Positions 30,179-41,167 of a stretch of 64,000 nt of DNA are shown here, piece by piece. The first letter of the stretch is position 1. Each line of letters opens with the position of its first letter. Location: the NCBI GenBank assembly GCA_965261735.1, contig OZ253470.1:608001-672000 (forward strand). The letters are read 5' to 3'. The stretch is from Alphaproteobacteria bacterium. Its GTDB lineage: Bacteria; Pseudomonadota; Alphaproteobacteria; SHVV01. Under the pieces are notes generated by a model. The model was given only the letters and a program-made list of their open reading frames with translations. It made no database searches and was not told where the DNA came from. Made by a program: the position numbers and the translations under genes.

Positions 30179-31172
30179 TAACGCCCATGACCGCTACATG
30201 TAGGGTGCCGCCACTCTCCCGAGTAAAGCTCGGCATAGGTTGGAGCAGAGGTGTCGCCCGCGATGCCGAGCAATGAGCGGAAGGCGTTGAACGGGTAGAA
30301 CCGCCTGTTGAAGCGGAAGGTGAACTCGTTGAGGTAGGCTTGTAGGTGCTGGTGGCTAACGCCGTGGTGGATACCGATCAGCCACGTCTTCAGGTTGGCG
30401 AAAACCAGATGGATGATCGGCAGGTATTGCTCGGCAACCTCTGGATCACCACACTCGGCAACAGCGAAGTGCTCATAGCCGCGCTTACCGAGGCCAGCAT
30501 AGCCGCTCCAATCGTCAGTAACGATCAGCGATCCCGGCGCGACGGTGCTCTCGACGAACCCACAGAGCGACTCGGCGCTACGGTCGAGCACGACGGCGAG
30601 CCGAACGCGTCCGGCATAGCGTCCGTCTTTCCGGTTGTCGAGCTTGGTGCCCGGCTTTCGATGACGCACCTCGATGGCACAGGAGACGGGAACCTTGTGG
30701 TGAACACCACGGCCTTCCCCACGCGTTCGCCCGCCAACCCAGGTTTCGTCCATCTCAACATGGTTCTTGGGCTGTCCACCGATCCTGTCTTGGTTGGGCC
30801 GCACCATGCCCGAGCGGAGCTTGTGGAGAATTTGAAAGGCCGTCTCGTAGCGCGAAAGACCAAGTTGCCGCTGAAACTGCACGGCGGACATGCCGGGCGT
30901 CTGACTGGCGACCAGATAAGCGGCCCAGAACCAGACGTTCAGCGGAGTGTGGCTACGCTCCATCACTGTTCCCACCGTCAGCCCGGTGTTCTGGCGGCAC
31001 TTGCGGCAGCGCAGGACGCCAGGGCGGTTTTCAAAGTGGAACGGCTCTCCCGCCGTGCCGCAGTGCGGGCAGGCAAAGCCGTCTCCCCCAGCGGGCTTTC
31101 TCCAGGTAGGCGGCGCAGGCCGCATCATCGGGGAAAAGTCGCTGGAACTCGGGTAGCGAATGCGGGAATGGG
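30179..31172 (-). mobile_element. IS1595-family element copy A, both ends missing, frameshifted
   Basis: Near-identical to the other copies; CPHC zinc ribbon, DETWVGG, TDDW, YLNEFTFRFNRR; no TIRs. Confidence 0.88.
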
Positions 31173-31322
31173 AACCACAACTACCATGGCCGGCTCTACA
31201 TCTCCTGTCCCGACCCGAAGTGGCGGGCCCGCATCGCGGAGGTGTGTTACGAGGAAGGCACCGGCCGCCTCCACGCGGGCGGCATCTCGCACAACGAGCT
31301 CTATCTGCGCTACGGCGAGGCT
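31173..31322 (+). pseudogene. Inverted internal fragment of a second heme-oxygenase-like oxidase
   Basis: NHNYHGRLYISCPDPKWRARIAEVCYEEGTGRLHAGGISHNELYLRYGEA, paralogous to 33159-33857. Confidence 0.85.
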
Positions 31323-31324
31323 CG

Positions 31325-32259
31325 GTGTAGTTGCGAAAGTCGGCACCCTCGTCGACGAAACGCCGGCCTTCGGCGTTGACCATGATGCCGAAGGGATAGC
31401 TGTGTTTCTGAAAGCCGTCGCCGACCGCAAGATCGCCGAATTCCGGGGCGTTCATGTCCCACCCTACCGAATGGCAGCCCGACCAGTTGCCGTAGGGCAT
31501 GGCCCCGGCCTCGAGCGCCATGCGCAGGCCGTCTCCGGTGTTGAACCGCGTCCCGCGTACCCGGGCGAGCTCCCAGCCGGGGCCGAGATAGCGTGTGCGC
31601 CATTCGGTGTTGGCCTCGAAGCCGCCGCACGACAGAACCACCGCCTTGGCCTCGAGGTCCTGGGTCGTGCTCTCGCTGCGCAGGCGCACGCCGTGGACGC
31701 CGCCATCGTTGCACAGCAGGGCCTGCGCCCGTCCTTCATACAAGATGCGAATGCCGCGCTTTTCAGCCTGCGCGTAGAGGGCCTCGATGAGCCCCGGGCC
31801 GCCACCCCACGCCTCGACGGTGAGGCCGCCCCAGAACTTGAAGCGACCGTCCACCTTGAACGCCTGGCGCCCATACATCGGCGCGAATCGCACGCCGTTT
31901 GCGCGCATCCATTTCAGGGTCGAGAGACTTCGCGTGACCAGCAGTTCGGTGAGATCGGGATCGCACCGGAATTGCGTCACCCTCGACATGTCGTCGTAAT
32001 ACTGGTCGCTGGTGTAGGCGCCGAAGTCCGAGTTCTTCTGCTCCTCCTCGGAGAGATCGGGCATCAGCGCGAGCAGGTCCTCCACCCCCTCGTAGACGAC
32101 CCGCATCGCGCCGGCGGTGAACCGGCTGTTACCGCCGCGCTCCTCTTCCGGCGCGCGCTCCAGCACAACCACCTCGGCGCCATGCTCGCGCGCAGCCAGG
32201 GCCGCGCAGAGGGCGGCGTTGCCGCCGCCAATGACCACGACGTCGCAGGCTTGAGACAT
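31325..32259 (-). pseudogene. FAD-dependent oxidoreductase, TcuA/CobZ-like, 3'-truncated
   Basis: DVVVIGGGNAALCAA, RGGNSRFT, GGFEAN, RGTRFNTGDG, GRRFVDEGADFRNYT, then a break. Confidence 0.85.
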
Positions 32260-32295
32260 GATGTGCTATGCGCCGGGGCGAGCGGCCGGCAGCGC

Positions 32296-33129
32296 CTACC
32301 GCGCGCGCTCGCGCTCGAGCGTGCGCCAGTGCGACAGCCTGCGTTCGATCCACCCCGTGACTTCCGTCAGCACGATGCCGATGAAGCCGATAATGACGAT
32401 CGCAATGTAGAGTTCCGCCATGTAGAAGGCATCGCCCGAATCGCGGATCATCCCCCCGAAACCGGTCGTCGCCGTGAAGAACTCGGCGACCACCATGCCG
32501 ATGATCGCCAGGCCCACGCACAGGCGGACGCCGGCCATGACGTAAGGAACCGCCCCCGGCAGCGTGATCTTGAAAAAGATCTGCGACTCGCTGGCACCGA
32601 ACACTCGTCCGATGTCGAGCATGGCGCCCCGCGTGTCTTTAATTCCCGTGTAGGTATTGATGATTACGGGGAAGATGGCGATGGAGACGAGGATCACCAC
32701 CTTGACCGTGGTCTCAAGGCCGAACCACATGATGAACAGAGGGATGAACGCGATACGCGGCATGACGTAGAACCCGTTGATGAACGGGTCCATCGTGTAC
32801 TCGAAGAACCACCACTGGCCGATCATCACGCCGATGGCGATGCCGCCGAAAATGGAAATCCCCAGGCCGATCAGGAAATGTTCCATGCTCTCGGCGAAGG
32901 CATTGCCCATCGCGCCCGTATTAAAGATGTCGACTCCGGCCCAAAACACGTCGATGGGGCCGACGAGGAACAACTGGTTGGCGTCCCTCGCGGAGATGTG
33001 CCAGAAGATGAAAAAAGCGATGACCGCGACGGTGCGGACCGTGTTGGGGACCGAGCGGACGGCGGCCATAGCGCGGCCGAAATCGTTCTTTTCTCCGCGT
33101 CCGCGTGCGCTGATTTGTTGCACGGCCAT
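32296..33129 (-). CDS. ABC transporter permease (NitT/TauT family), paralog of 28388-29227
   Basis: Same motifs (IGQWWFFEYT.DPFIN, GMVVAEFFTA). Confidence 0.92.
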   Translation of the reverse strand: MAVQQISARGRGEKNDFGRAMAAVRSVPNTVRTVAVIAFFIFWHISARDANQLFLVGPIDVFWAGVDIFNTGAMGNAFAESMEHFLIGLGISIFGGIAIGVMIGQWWFFEYTMDPFINGFYVMPRIAFIPLFIMWFGLETTVKVVILVSIAIFPVIINTYTGIKDTRGAMLDIGRVFGASESQIFFKITLPGAVPYVMAGVRLCVGLAIIGMVVAEFFTATTGFGGMIRDSGDAFYMAELYIAIVIIGFIGIVLTEVTGWIERRLSHWRTLERERAR

Positions 33130-33158
33130 CGGCGTAGCGTCGGGCTAGAGTCCGGCGT

Positions 33159-33857
33159 TCACTGGATCGCCTTAACCAGGCGATACATGTCGTCGTACAT
33201 GAGGAGCATCATGTCGATCGTCTCCTCGACGGTCCTGAGAACGCGCCGTACGTCGTCGTCGGTCTTGGCAAACTGGCCCAAGAGCTCCTCGCCGATGCCG
33301 GAGTGGTCCTTGTCGGCCGTTTGGTGGACCGTGAAGAAGCGCACGTCCTCGTCCGACAGTCCGTAATACTTGCGCAGCGCATCGGCGCGGCGGCTGCCGT
33401 GGGCCGGGACCGGTCCCTCGGCCGCCAGCATGTGGGCCGAGACGCCCTCGAGAAAATCGCGTCCGCAAACATCGCTGAAGTACGCCTTGAACGCCAGCGC
33501 GCCGGCGCAGTAATCGGCGTTCCACATCTCGTCGCGGCTGATGCCGAGCGCCTCGCCGTAGCGCAGATACAGTTCGTTGTGCCCGACTCCGTCCGCGTAG
33601 AGGCGACCTGTGGCCTCTTCGTAGCATACCTCGACAATGCGGGCGCGCCATTGCGGGTCCGGGCAGACCACGTAGAGCCGCCCGTGGAAGTTGTGGTTGT
33701 ACAGCGGAATGATGCCGTTCTGCTTGGCGAACGCCTTGACTTGCTCCTTGCTCAGCTCGCCGTCGCACAACTCGGTCCACAGGGAGTGCCCGAAGCGCGG
33801 CTTGCGCCGGTGAATCGCCTCGATCTCCTCAAGCACGCTTTCGGCAGAAATCGTCAT
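33159..33857 (-). CDS. Heme-oxygenase-like diiron oxidase (PqqC/CADD/TenA superfamily)
   Basis: YEE..GH, AAEG, HQTADKDH (E..H..E..HxxxDxxH ligand set). Confidence 0.82.
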   Translation of the reverse strand: MTISAESVLEEIEAIHRRKPRFGHSLWTELCDGELSKEQVKAFAKQNGIIPLYNHNFHGRLYVVCPDPQWRARIVEVCYEEATGRLYADGVGHNELYLRYGEALGISRDEMWNADYCAGALAFKAYFSDVCGRDFLEGVSAHMLAAEGPVPAHGSRRADALRKYYGLSDEDVRFFTVHQTADKDHSGIGEELLGQFAKTDDDVRRVLRTVEETIDMMLLMYDDMYRLVKAIQ

Positions 33858-33892
33858 CGTCAACCCCTCGAACGCTTGCGCAAAATGGAGAA

Positions 33893-33923
33893 GCGCGGAC
33901 CGCCCGATGGTGGCGGTCCGCGC
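33893..33923. other. Intergenic 12-bp perfect stem-loop after the substrate-binding protein gene
   Basis: GCGCGGACCGCC-N7-GGCGGTCCGCGC. Confidence 0.65.
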
Positions 33924-33936
33924 CTTCCGGGCTGAG

Positions 33937-34953
33937 CTAGAACGAGCCCAGTTCCTTGATGATCGGCTCCACGATCGAGGTGTCGAGCACCTGGTCGGTA
34001 GAGATCGCTTTCTTCAGTACGCCGTATTCGAGGTACCTGCTGGCCGTGAAATCGGTGACCTCGTTGGGAACGCCGCCGTCGACGCCCCATACCGGAATCG
34101 CATTGAGCTGGCCGACGACCGTCTTGATGAGGGCGAGGTCGATGTCGGGCGTGCGTTTGTGCATCGCCGCCGCCGCCTCGTCGGGATGCTGGATGGCGTA
34201 ACGCGCCCCCATGATCGAGCCCTTCATGAACTTGGTGAAGGCTTCGCGCTTGACCGGATCTTTCAGGTCTTCGGCCTTGACGGCAAGGTAGACATAACCC
34301 AGGGAGCCGAGTTCCTTGGCCACCGGGGTGATCCAGTTGATCTGGTCACTCGCCCTGGAGGCGGTTAGGGTATTGACCAGCGTGAAGTCCGCCTTGCCCG
34401 AGAGCACCGCCGCGATGCGATCGGCGTGGCCGCCCACGGGAAGGTATTTGAGCCGCTTTTGGACATGGCCGTGTTTCTTCAGGATCATCGTCGTCATGTG
34501 GTTGATCATGCCGACGCCGCCGCCGCCGGCCAACGTCTTGCCGAGCAGGTCTGCGATCTTGGTGATCTTGCCTTTCTTGCTGCTGATCAACTGGTAGTCC
34601 ACGCGCGGCTGCCACGAGCCGATGACCTTGATATCGGCGCCGCCGAGAATGCTAAGCATGGTCGTCGACGGGGCGAGAAGCGTGACGTCGCCGGTGCCCG
34701 AAACCATCGCGCGTATCGCGTTGGGGCTACTGGTCAGGTAAATGTCCTCGACCTCGAGGTCCATGTCCTTGAACCAGCCCTTGTCGGTGGCGATGTAGTA
34801 GGGGATGCCGTACGTCGTGGGCGCCGTCGAAAAGATCATCTTGAGCTTGGACATCGCCGCACCGGCCGGGGTCGCGCCAGCGAGCACGGACGCCGCAGCG
34901 AAAACCGCCGCGATGAAGAGCGTGTGGCATGAGGCTAGTAATGATTTATTCAC
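33937..34953 (-). CDS. ABC substrate-binding protein (SsuA/THI5/NMT1-like)
   Basis: Signal peptide, PYYIATDKGWFKDMDLEVE, GARYAIQHPDEAA; GGGAGGA RBS before the GTG. Confidence 0.88.
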   Translation of the reverse strand: MNKSLLASCHTLFIAAVFAAASVLAGATPAGAAMSKLKMIFSTAPTTYGIPYYIATDKGWFKDMDLEVEDIYLTSSPNAIRAMVSGTGDVTLLAPSTTMLSILGGADIKVIGSWQPRVDYQLISSKKGKITKIADLLGKTLAGGGGVGMINHMTTMILKKHGHVQKRLKYLPVGGHADRIAAVLSGKADFTLVNTLTASRASDQINWITPVAKELGSLGYVYLAVKAEDLKDPVKREAFTKFMKGSIMGARYAIQHPDEAAAAMHKRTPDIDLALIKTVVGQLNAIPVWGVDGGVPNEVTDFTASRYLEYGVLKKAISTDQVLDTSIVEPIIKELGSF

Positions 34954-35158
34954 CGGCAATTCCTCCCATTTTGATTGTATGACATTCGTCTTGTTTGCAT
35001 GACGTTGGTCGTTGCAATACCATCCCATACCATCTCTGCCTCGTCAACGCGCCGCAACCACAGCACATCCCCCCGCTCAGGCCGATTACGTTCGCAACCA
35101 AGCAGGCGAAAGCCGGAGCGCGGCTCGAATAGTCGTCGTCCAGCATCCCGGCGCCTGG

Positions 35159-36176
35159 GCGCCGATCTCCCATTCCCGCATTCGCTACCCGAGTTCCAGC
35201 GACTTTTCCCCGATGATGCGGCCTGCGCCGCCTACCTGGAGAAAGCCCGCTGGGGAGACGGCTTTGCCTGCCCGCACTGCGGCACGGCGGGAGAGCCGTT
35301 CCACTTTGAAAACCGCCCTGGCGTCCTGCGCTGCCGCAAGTGCCGCCAGAACACCGGGCTGACGGTGGGAACAGTGATGGAGCGTAGCCACACTCCGCTG
35401 AACGTCTGGTTCTGGGCCGCTTATCTGGTCGCCAGTCAGACGCCCGGCATGTCCGCCGTGCAGTTTCAGCGGCAACTTGGTCTTTCGCGCTACGAGACGG
35501 CCTTTCAAATTCTCCACAAGCTCCGCTCGGGCATGGTGCGGCCCAACCAAGACAGGATCGGTGGACAGCCCAAGAACCATGTTGAGGTGGACGAAACCTG
35601 GGTTGGCGGGCGAACGCGTGGGGAAGGCCGTGGTGTTCACCACAAGGTTCCCGTCTCCTGTGCCATCGAGGTGCGTCATCGAAAGCCGGGCACCAAGCTC
35701 GACAACCGGAAAGACGGACGCTATGCCGGACGCGTTCGGCTCGCCGTCGTGCTCGACCGTAGCGCCGAGTCGCTCTGTGGGTTCGTCGAGAGCACCGTCG
35801 CGCCGCGATCGCTGATCGTTACTGACGATTGGAGCGGCTATGCTGGCCTCGGGAAGCGCGGCTATGAGCACTTCGCTGTTGCCGAGTGTGGTGATCCAGA
35901 GGTTGCCGAGCAATACCTGCCGATCATCCATCTGGTTTTCGCCGACCTGAAGACGTGGCTGATCGGTATCTCACCACGGCGTTAGCCACCAGCACCTACA
36001 AGCCTACCTCAACGAGTTCACCTTCCGCTTCAACAGGCGGTTCTACCCGTTCAACGCCTTCCGCTCATTGCTCGGCATCGCGGGCGACACCTCTGCTCCA
36101 ACCTATGCCGAGCTTTACTCGGGAGAGTGGCGGCACCCTACATGTAGCGGTCATGGGCGTTAACCGGATAAGCAAG
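35159..36176 (+). mobile_element. IS1595-family element copy B, 5'-truncated, frameshifted near 35970
   Basis: Near-identical to the other copies; right TIR CCGGATAAGCAAG retained. Confidence 0.88.
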
Positions 36177-36395
36177 GGTTGGACGACTTGACTCTTCGCG
36201 CTGTGCGTACCGCCGACAGTCTCCGCCGCGTGGCACGAGGGGACGTTTGACCGCTCGAAAAGGTCCGTTTCTCGGACACCCACCGGAGGGGCCGGAATGA
36301 GGGGCAAGAACCGTCCTAAAACCCGTTCCGGAAAACAGCGCGATATTGCCCCCACGCGGCGGGTTTTCGGGCGGCATGACAGAGGAGGGTGCGTG

Positions 36396-36734
36396 ATGGC
36401 GCTTAACCGTTGGAGCCGATGGCGGTCTTTTCCGGATCCAAAGACAGGCGGCTACCTATCCGCCCCGTTTGGTCCGGGCGTGTACCAATTGCGCAATCGG
36501 AAGACCCGGGAATTAGTTCTGTTCGGAGAGAGCAAGAACGTAGCACACAGGATGTCTTCTCTCCTGCCGCAGCCTCATGATGCGTCTGGGCGGAACAACG
36601 AGCAAAAGAAGGAATACGTCCTGGTTAATCTCGACAACATCGTGTACCGCGCCAAAGCGTGCGGGTCGGAAGATGAAGCAAGGAACGAAGAGCGTTCCAT
36701 GCGCGTCAAAGGCTCCCATATTTTCAAAACATGA
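36396..36734 (+). CDS. Small GIY-YIG-like protein
   Basis: PGVYQLRN...VLFGESKNVAHRM; GAGGAGG RBS. Confidence 0.55.
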   Translation: MALNRWSRWRSFPDPKTGGYLSAPFGPGVYQLRNRKTRELVLFGESKNVAHRMSSLLPQPHDASGRNNEQKKEYVLVNLDNIVYRAKACGSEDEARNEERSMRVKGSHIFKT

Positions 36735-36791
36735 ACGCGCGTGATTGCCTGGTGCGGAGCGGCGTAAGGACGGGAAAAGGGACGGTGCGTA

Positions 36792-37345
36792 GTGGTCGGT
36801 AGCGGTAGATGGGCTACGCTGAGACATGAGATCGACGTGGTAAGAACCCGCTTGACGGCCGCCGAAGCCCGACCGAACAGGAGTATGTGCCGTCTTCTCG
36901 TGTTGGGCGAAGACCACAGAATTGCTCTTCATCCGGGTGCGGATCCGCTCGCGCTGTGCCGCGCAGCGTGGCGCACTTACGGCTGCGGGCGGCGGGAAGG
37001 CAGTTCCACGGTGGCGATGCAGTTGGTGATGATACTTACCGGCCGGTTCGAGAGGAGTTGGCGAAGGAAGGCGAACGAGATGATTCTCGCGATGCTCGTG
37101 ACCCGCCATGTGCCAAGTGGTGAATTACCTGCGCTCTACCTTTCGGTCGGTTACTACGGTTGGGGCATGAATGATTCGTCCATGCTTGTCGTCGGCTGTG
37201 TATCGATCCGGCATGCTGTTCGCTGCAGGAGTCAGCGATGGTGGTTGCGCGACTGAAGTACCCGGAGCCGCGAAGCTGCTCCGCAGAGAGGCGACTCCAG
37301 ATAGTTCGAAGGTCCGAATACCTCATGGCGCGGCTCAAGGATCAT
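36792..37345 (+). pseudogene. Stand-alone peptidoglycan transglycosylase (GT51)-like gene, frameshifted
   Basis: GEDHR..LHPGAD, GSSTVAMQL, RKANE, YLSVGYYG; continues ARLKYPEP in another frame. Confidence 0.65.
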
Positions 37346-37359
37346 GGCTGGCGGAATTA

Positions 37360-38752
37360 AGGTGGTGCGGAGCGACGAGACGTCGGCCGTCTACGAGCGC
37401 AAGGTTCAACCGAGGCCGAAGCTGGGACCGTGGATCGGGGAACTGGACCGTCGTCTGGAGGCCAACGAGAAGAAGCCGCGCCGGGATCGTCTGTCGATGA
37501 TGCAGATCTACGAGGATCTGGCGTCGCTGGGCTACGCCGGCGGTTACGACGCGGTGCGCCGCTATGCCGGGGCGTGGCGCCGCCGGCGGCGTAGGCCTAT
37601 ATGCCGCTGAGCTTCGATCCCGGCGAGGCCTACCAGTTCGACTGGAGCCAGGAATACGCGATCCTGTCGGGCACGACGAGCACGGTCAAGGCGGCGCACA
37701 TGCGGCTCTGCTACAGCCGCATGCAGCTGGTTCAGCTCTTCCCGCGCGAGAGCCAGGAGATGGTGTTCGAGGCGCACGAGCGTGCCTTCCGCTTCTTCGG
37801 CGGGGTCTGCCGGCGGGGGCATCTACGACAACATGAAGACGGCGGTGAGCACGGTGTTCGTCGGCAAGGAGCGTGCCTACAACCGCCGCTTCCAGGAGAT
37901 GTGTTCGCACCATCTGGGGGAGCCGGGGGCGTGCACCCCGGTGGCGGCATGGGAGAAGGGCCAGGTCGAGAAGCAAGTGGGTGACGTCCGCGGCCGCCTG
38001 TTCGTGCCCCGGCCGCGGGGCCGCTCCTACGCCGAGTTCAACGCGTGCCTGATGGATTGGTGCATCGAGGATGCCAAGAAGCGGCCGCATCCGACGATCA
38101 AGGGCAAGACGGTGTGGCAGGTGTTCGAGGAAGAACAGCCTTTCCTGATGGCGTATCGAGGGGGCCGTTCGACGGTTTCCATGCGGTCGAGGCGGCGGTC
38201 TCGAAGGCCTTCCTGGTGCGCTTCGACAACAACCAGTACAGCGTCGCGGCGTGCACCGTCGGACGGCCGGTCGACGTGCGGGCCTATGCCGAGAGGATCG
38301 TCATCCGCCAGGACGGCGAGACCGTCGCCGAGCACCCCCGGCGCTTCGCGCGCGGCGAGATCGCCTACGATCCCTCGCACTATGTGCCGATCCTGGCGCG
38401 AAATCCCGGCGCGCTGAGGAACGGCGCGCCCTTCAAGGACTGGCAGCTGCCCGGTGCGCTCGGCCGCATGCGGGCCCGGCTGTCGGACCGCGACGACGGC
38501 GACCGGCAGATCGTCAAGGTGTTCACGGCGGTGCAGGAGGACGGCCTGGAGGCGGTCGAGGCGGCTTGCGCCGAAGCCCTCGCCCATGGCGCCTGCAGCG
38601 CCGATGTCGTGCTCAACATCCTCGCCCGGCAGCGCCAGCCGGCGCCGGCGGCGGCGATCCCGACCCCGGAAGGCCTGCAGCTCCGCCACTTGCCGACGGT
38701 CGACTGCCGCCGCTACGACCGCCTGAGGGAGGCCGACCATGGAGCGTCATGA
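37360..38752 (+). pseudogene. istA: IstA transposase with several frameshifts
   Basis: PLSFDPGEAYQFDW, IYDNMKTAV, WEKGQVE, LARNPGALRNGAPF spread over several frames. Confidence 0.85.
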
Positions 38753-39470
38753 AGTGCTGGCGATGATGACCGCGCTGAAGCTCGCAGGCATGCGCGCCGC
38801 CTATGACGACATCCTCGCCGACGGGATCAAGCGCCGTCATCCGGTGCACCGGATCGTCGGCGCACTGCTGCAGGCCGAGATCGCCGACAAGACGGCGCGC
38901 TCGATCAAATACCAGATGATGAGCGACAAGCTGCCGATGGCCAAGGAACTGGCCGACCTCGACTTCTCCGCCTCCCCGGTCAACGAACCCCTGATCCGCA
39001 ACCTGGCGGCCGGCGGATTCCTCGAAGGCAAGCGCAACCTCGTGCTGGTCAGCGGCACCGGCACCGGCAAGACCCATCTCGCCGTCGCCATCATGCGCGC
39101 CTGCATCCGAAACGGCGCCCGCGGCCGCTGCCACAACTTCGTCGAGCTGGTCAACCTCCTCGAGGCCGAACTCCGGTCCGGCCGTCAGGGTCGCACCGCC
39201 GATGTAGCACACCCGGCGCGACTTCTCATCCTGCTCGACGAACTCGGCTACCTGCCCTTCGCCCAGGCCGGCGGCCAGCTGCTGTTCCACCTGATGAGCC
39301 GGCTCTACGAGCGCACCTCGATCATCGTCACCTCCAACCTCGTCTTCGGCGAATGGCCCTCCGTCTTTGGCGACCCCAAGATGACCACGGCGCTGCTCGA
39401 CCGCCTGACCCATCATTGCGAGATCGTCGAAACCGGCAACGAAAGCTGGCGCTTCAAGCACCGCTCGTAA
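38739..39470 (+). CDS. istB: IS21 ATPase IstB
   Basis: [29 protein letters not shown]. Confidence 0.88.
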   Translation: MERHEVLAMMTALKLAGMRAAYDDILADGIKRRHPVHRIVGALLQAEIADKTARSIKYQMMSDKLPMAKELADLDFSASPVNEPLIRNLAAGGFLEGKRNLVLVSGTGTGKTHLAVAIMRACIRNGARGRCHNFVELVNLLEAELRSGRQGRTADVAHPARLLILLDELGYLPFAQAGGQLLFHLMSRLYERTSIIVTSNLVFGEWPSVFGDPKMTTALLDRLTHHCEIVETGNESWRFKHRS

Positions 39471-39574
39471 TCCGGCGCCGACCGAGCCTGCGGCCCGGTT
39501 GACCCGGTGGGTCAACAGGCACCCCCCCCTGTGGACTACCAGGATAACCTCCATCCAGCCTCCTGAAGGGGTCA

Positions 39575-39846
39575 TCTGTGGACGCCTCCGTTGATGCAAG
39601 CATTTCTTTGAACGTCTTGGGGCATGTGGTCAGGTGCGGTCATCTGTCCGGCCTCATGATGCGGCTGGTTTGACGCCGCAGGCCCCTATGGAGATGTGCA
39701 GACCGGGTCCAAGATCAATTTTGCGGGCTTGAAAGCCCCTTGACCCACCGCTGGTTTTCCCGATCCCGTCTCGATTGACCGTTTGCCCTTACTCGTCCTC
39801 CGACCTGCTCACACCCCCGACGTCATTCCGCGAGGCTGCCGCCGTG
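39575..39846 (-). ncRNA. Putative bridge/seekRNA region of the variant IS110
   Basis: RNA-strand GGGTCAA (39746-39740) and CAAAATTGA (39723-39715) match its target; ACAGATGA (39647-39640) and CTCCAT (39693-39688) match its donor junction. Confidence 0.78.
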
Positions 39847-40875
39847 TCAGGCAGCAGCCGGCGCGAAACCTCGGTAGGTCTCCTTGCGTGTCATGAGCGC
39901 CCAGACGATGCGCGCCATCTTGTTGGCCAGCGCCACCGCGACAAGCATTCGCGGCTTGCGCGCCAGCATCCTGGCCAGCCAGGGGTCGTTCGTTTCGCCG
40001 CGACGAACCGCCGAGCTGACGACAGCCATGGCGCCGATGATCAAGAGGCGCCTCAGATCGCGTTGGCCCATCTTCGATATCCTGCCCAGCCGTGGCTTGC
40101 CGCCGGTCGTGTGCTGTCGCGGCACGAGGCCCAGCCAGGCAGAGAAGTCGCGGCCGCGCCGAAAGCTCTCCATCGGCGGCGCGAAGGCCTGAAGCGCCAT
40201 CGCGTTGATCGGCCCGATCCCTGGGATGGTCATGAGCCGTGCCGCCTGCTCGTCCTGACGCGCGCAGGCGCGGAGCTCCTTTTCCAATCCGCCGATCTTC
40301 GCATCGAGGTCAGCGATCTGACCGAGCAGAACGCCACCCAGCGCGCGGACCGCTCCCGGTAGTCCCGAACCCGGATCCTCGAGTGCCGATGCCAGCCGAC
40401 CGACATGAGCCGGTCCCTGCGGCGCGATGACGCCGAACTCTGCCAGGTGGCCACGTAGCGCGTTGATCGTCTGCGTGCGCTGGCGCACCAGAAGATCGCG
40501 CGTGTGGAACAGCATCGCTCTTGCCTGTTGCTCTTCCCCCTTCACCGCCACGAAGCGCATGGTCGGGCGCTGCGCCGCCTCGCAGATCGCCTCCGCGTCC
40601 GCCGCGTCGTTCTTCTGCCGCTTCACGAACGGCTTCACGTAGATCGGTGGGACCAACCTCACTTCGTGGCCGAGCTTCAAAATCTCCCGGCCCCAGTAGT
40701 GGGCGCTCGCACAGGCCTCCATCGCCACCACGCATCGCTGCTGCGCGCCGAGAATGTACAGCAGCCTCTCCCGGCTCACCTTCCTGCGGAACGCGACCGA
40801 ACCGTCCGCCCGAGCACCGTGAAGTTGAAAGCTGCGCTTCGCCAGATCGATCCCGATGATGTTAACCTGTTCCAT
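39847..40875 (-). CDS. IS110 recombinase
   Basis: MEQVNIIGIDLAK, KNDAADAEAI, WLGLVPRQHTTGGK. Confidence 0.95.
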   Translation of the reverse strand: MEQVNIIGIDLAKRSFQLHGARADGSVAFRRKVSRERLLYILGAQQRCVVAMEACASAHYWGREILKLGHEVRLVPPIYVKPFVKRQKNDAADAEAICEAAQRPTMRFVAVKGEEQQARAMLFHTRDLLVRQRTQTINALRGHLAEFGVIAPQGPAHVGRLASALEDPGSGLPGAVRALGGVLLGQIADLDAKIGGLEKELRACARQDEQAARLMTIPGIGPINAMALQAFAPPMESFRRGRDFSAWLGLVPRQHTTGGKPRLGRISKMGQRDLRRLLIIGAMAVVSSAVRRGETNDPWLARMLARKPRMLVAVALANKMARIVWALMTRKETYRGFAPAAA

Positions 40876-40963
40876 GGACGCCTCCTCCTCCGGGGGTTGG
40901 TCACGCCACCACCTTGGCACACTGCGATGCCGTCGGGAGGAGGCGTCCACTCCATCAATTTTG

Positions 40964-41146
40964 GGGTCTGTCGCCGTCTCGATGATGTCAGCGGTTTATG
41001 GACGCCAGATGCCGGCGAACGGAGGCCAGATCGACAATCTGAGGGCCTTCCAGCGCCAGACTTTTGGGATGTGCCGATCTGGATGTGCTCAGAATCCGCC
41101 TCGTCGTGCTGTCCGAAGCCACCATCATCGAGATTGAGTCAGACCC
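40964..41146. mobile_element. 183-bp MITE
   Basis: TIRs GGGTCTG-N6-TCTCGATGATG at both ends; TSD AATTTTG at 40957-40963 and 41147-41153. Confidence 0.85.
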
Positions 41147-41167
41147 AATTTTGAACGCTGATTGACA

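Larger units (their letters stand above)
39573..40957 (-). mobile_element. IS110 family (IS1111-type) element, divergent variant
   Basis: Sub-terminal IRs GTGGACGCCTCC, core CA (TG in element orientation) at both ends. Confidence 0.92.
37360..41167 (+). mobile_element. IS21-family element 2, 5'-truncated, with IS110 and MITE nested in its right IR
   Basis: istA remnants, istB, reconstructed right end GGGGTCAATTTTGAACGCTGATTGACA. Confidence 0.85.

Noticed and set aside
30148-32259. 703-aa flavoprotein-transposase fusion ORF
   Set aside because: Chance in-frame chimera of truncated TcuA-like gene, antisense HDO fragment and IS1595
30346-33366. 1006-aa plus-strand ORF, and similar long ORFs such as 154-2214, 2548-4575, 11090-13141 and 13490-15391
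   Set aside because: Antisense shadows of real genes in high-GC DNA; no recognisable motifs
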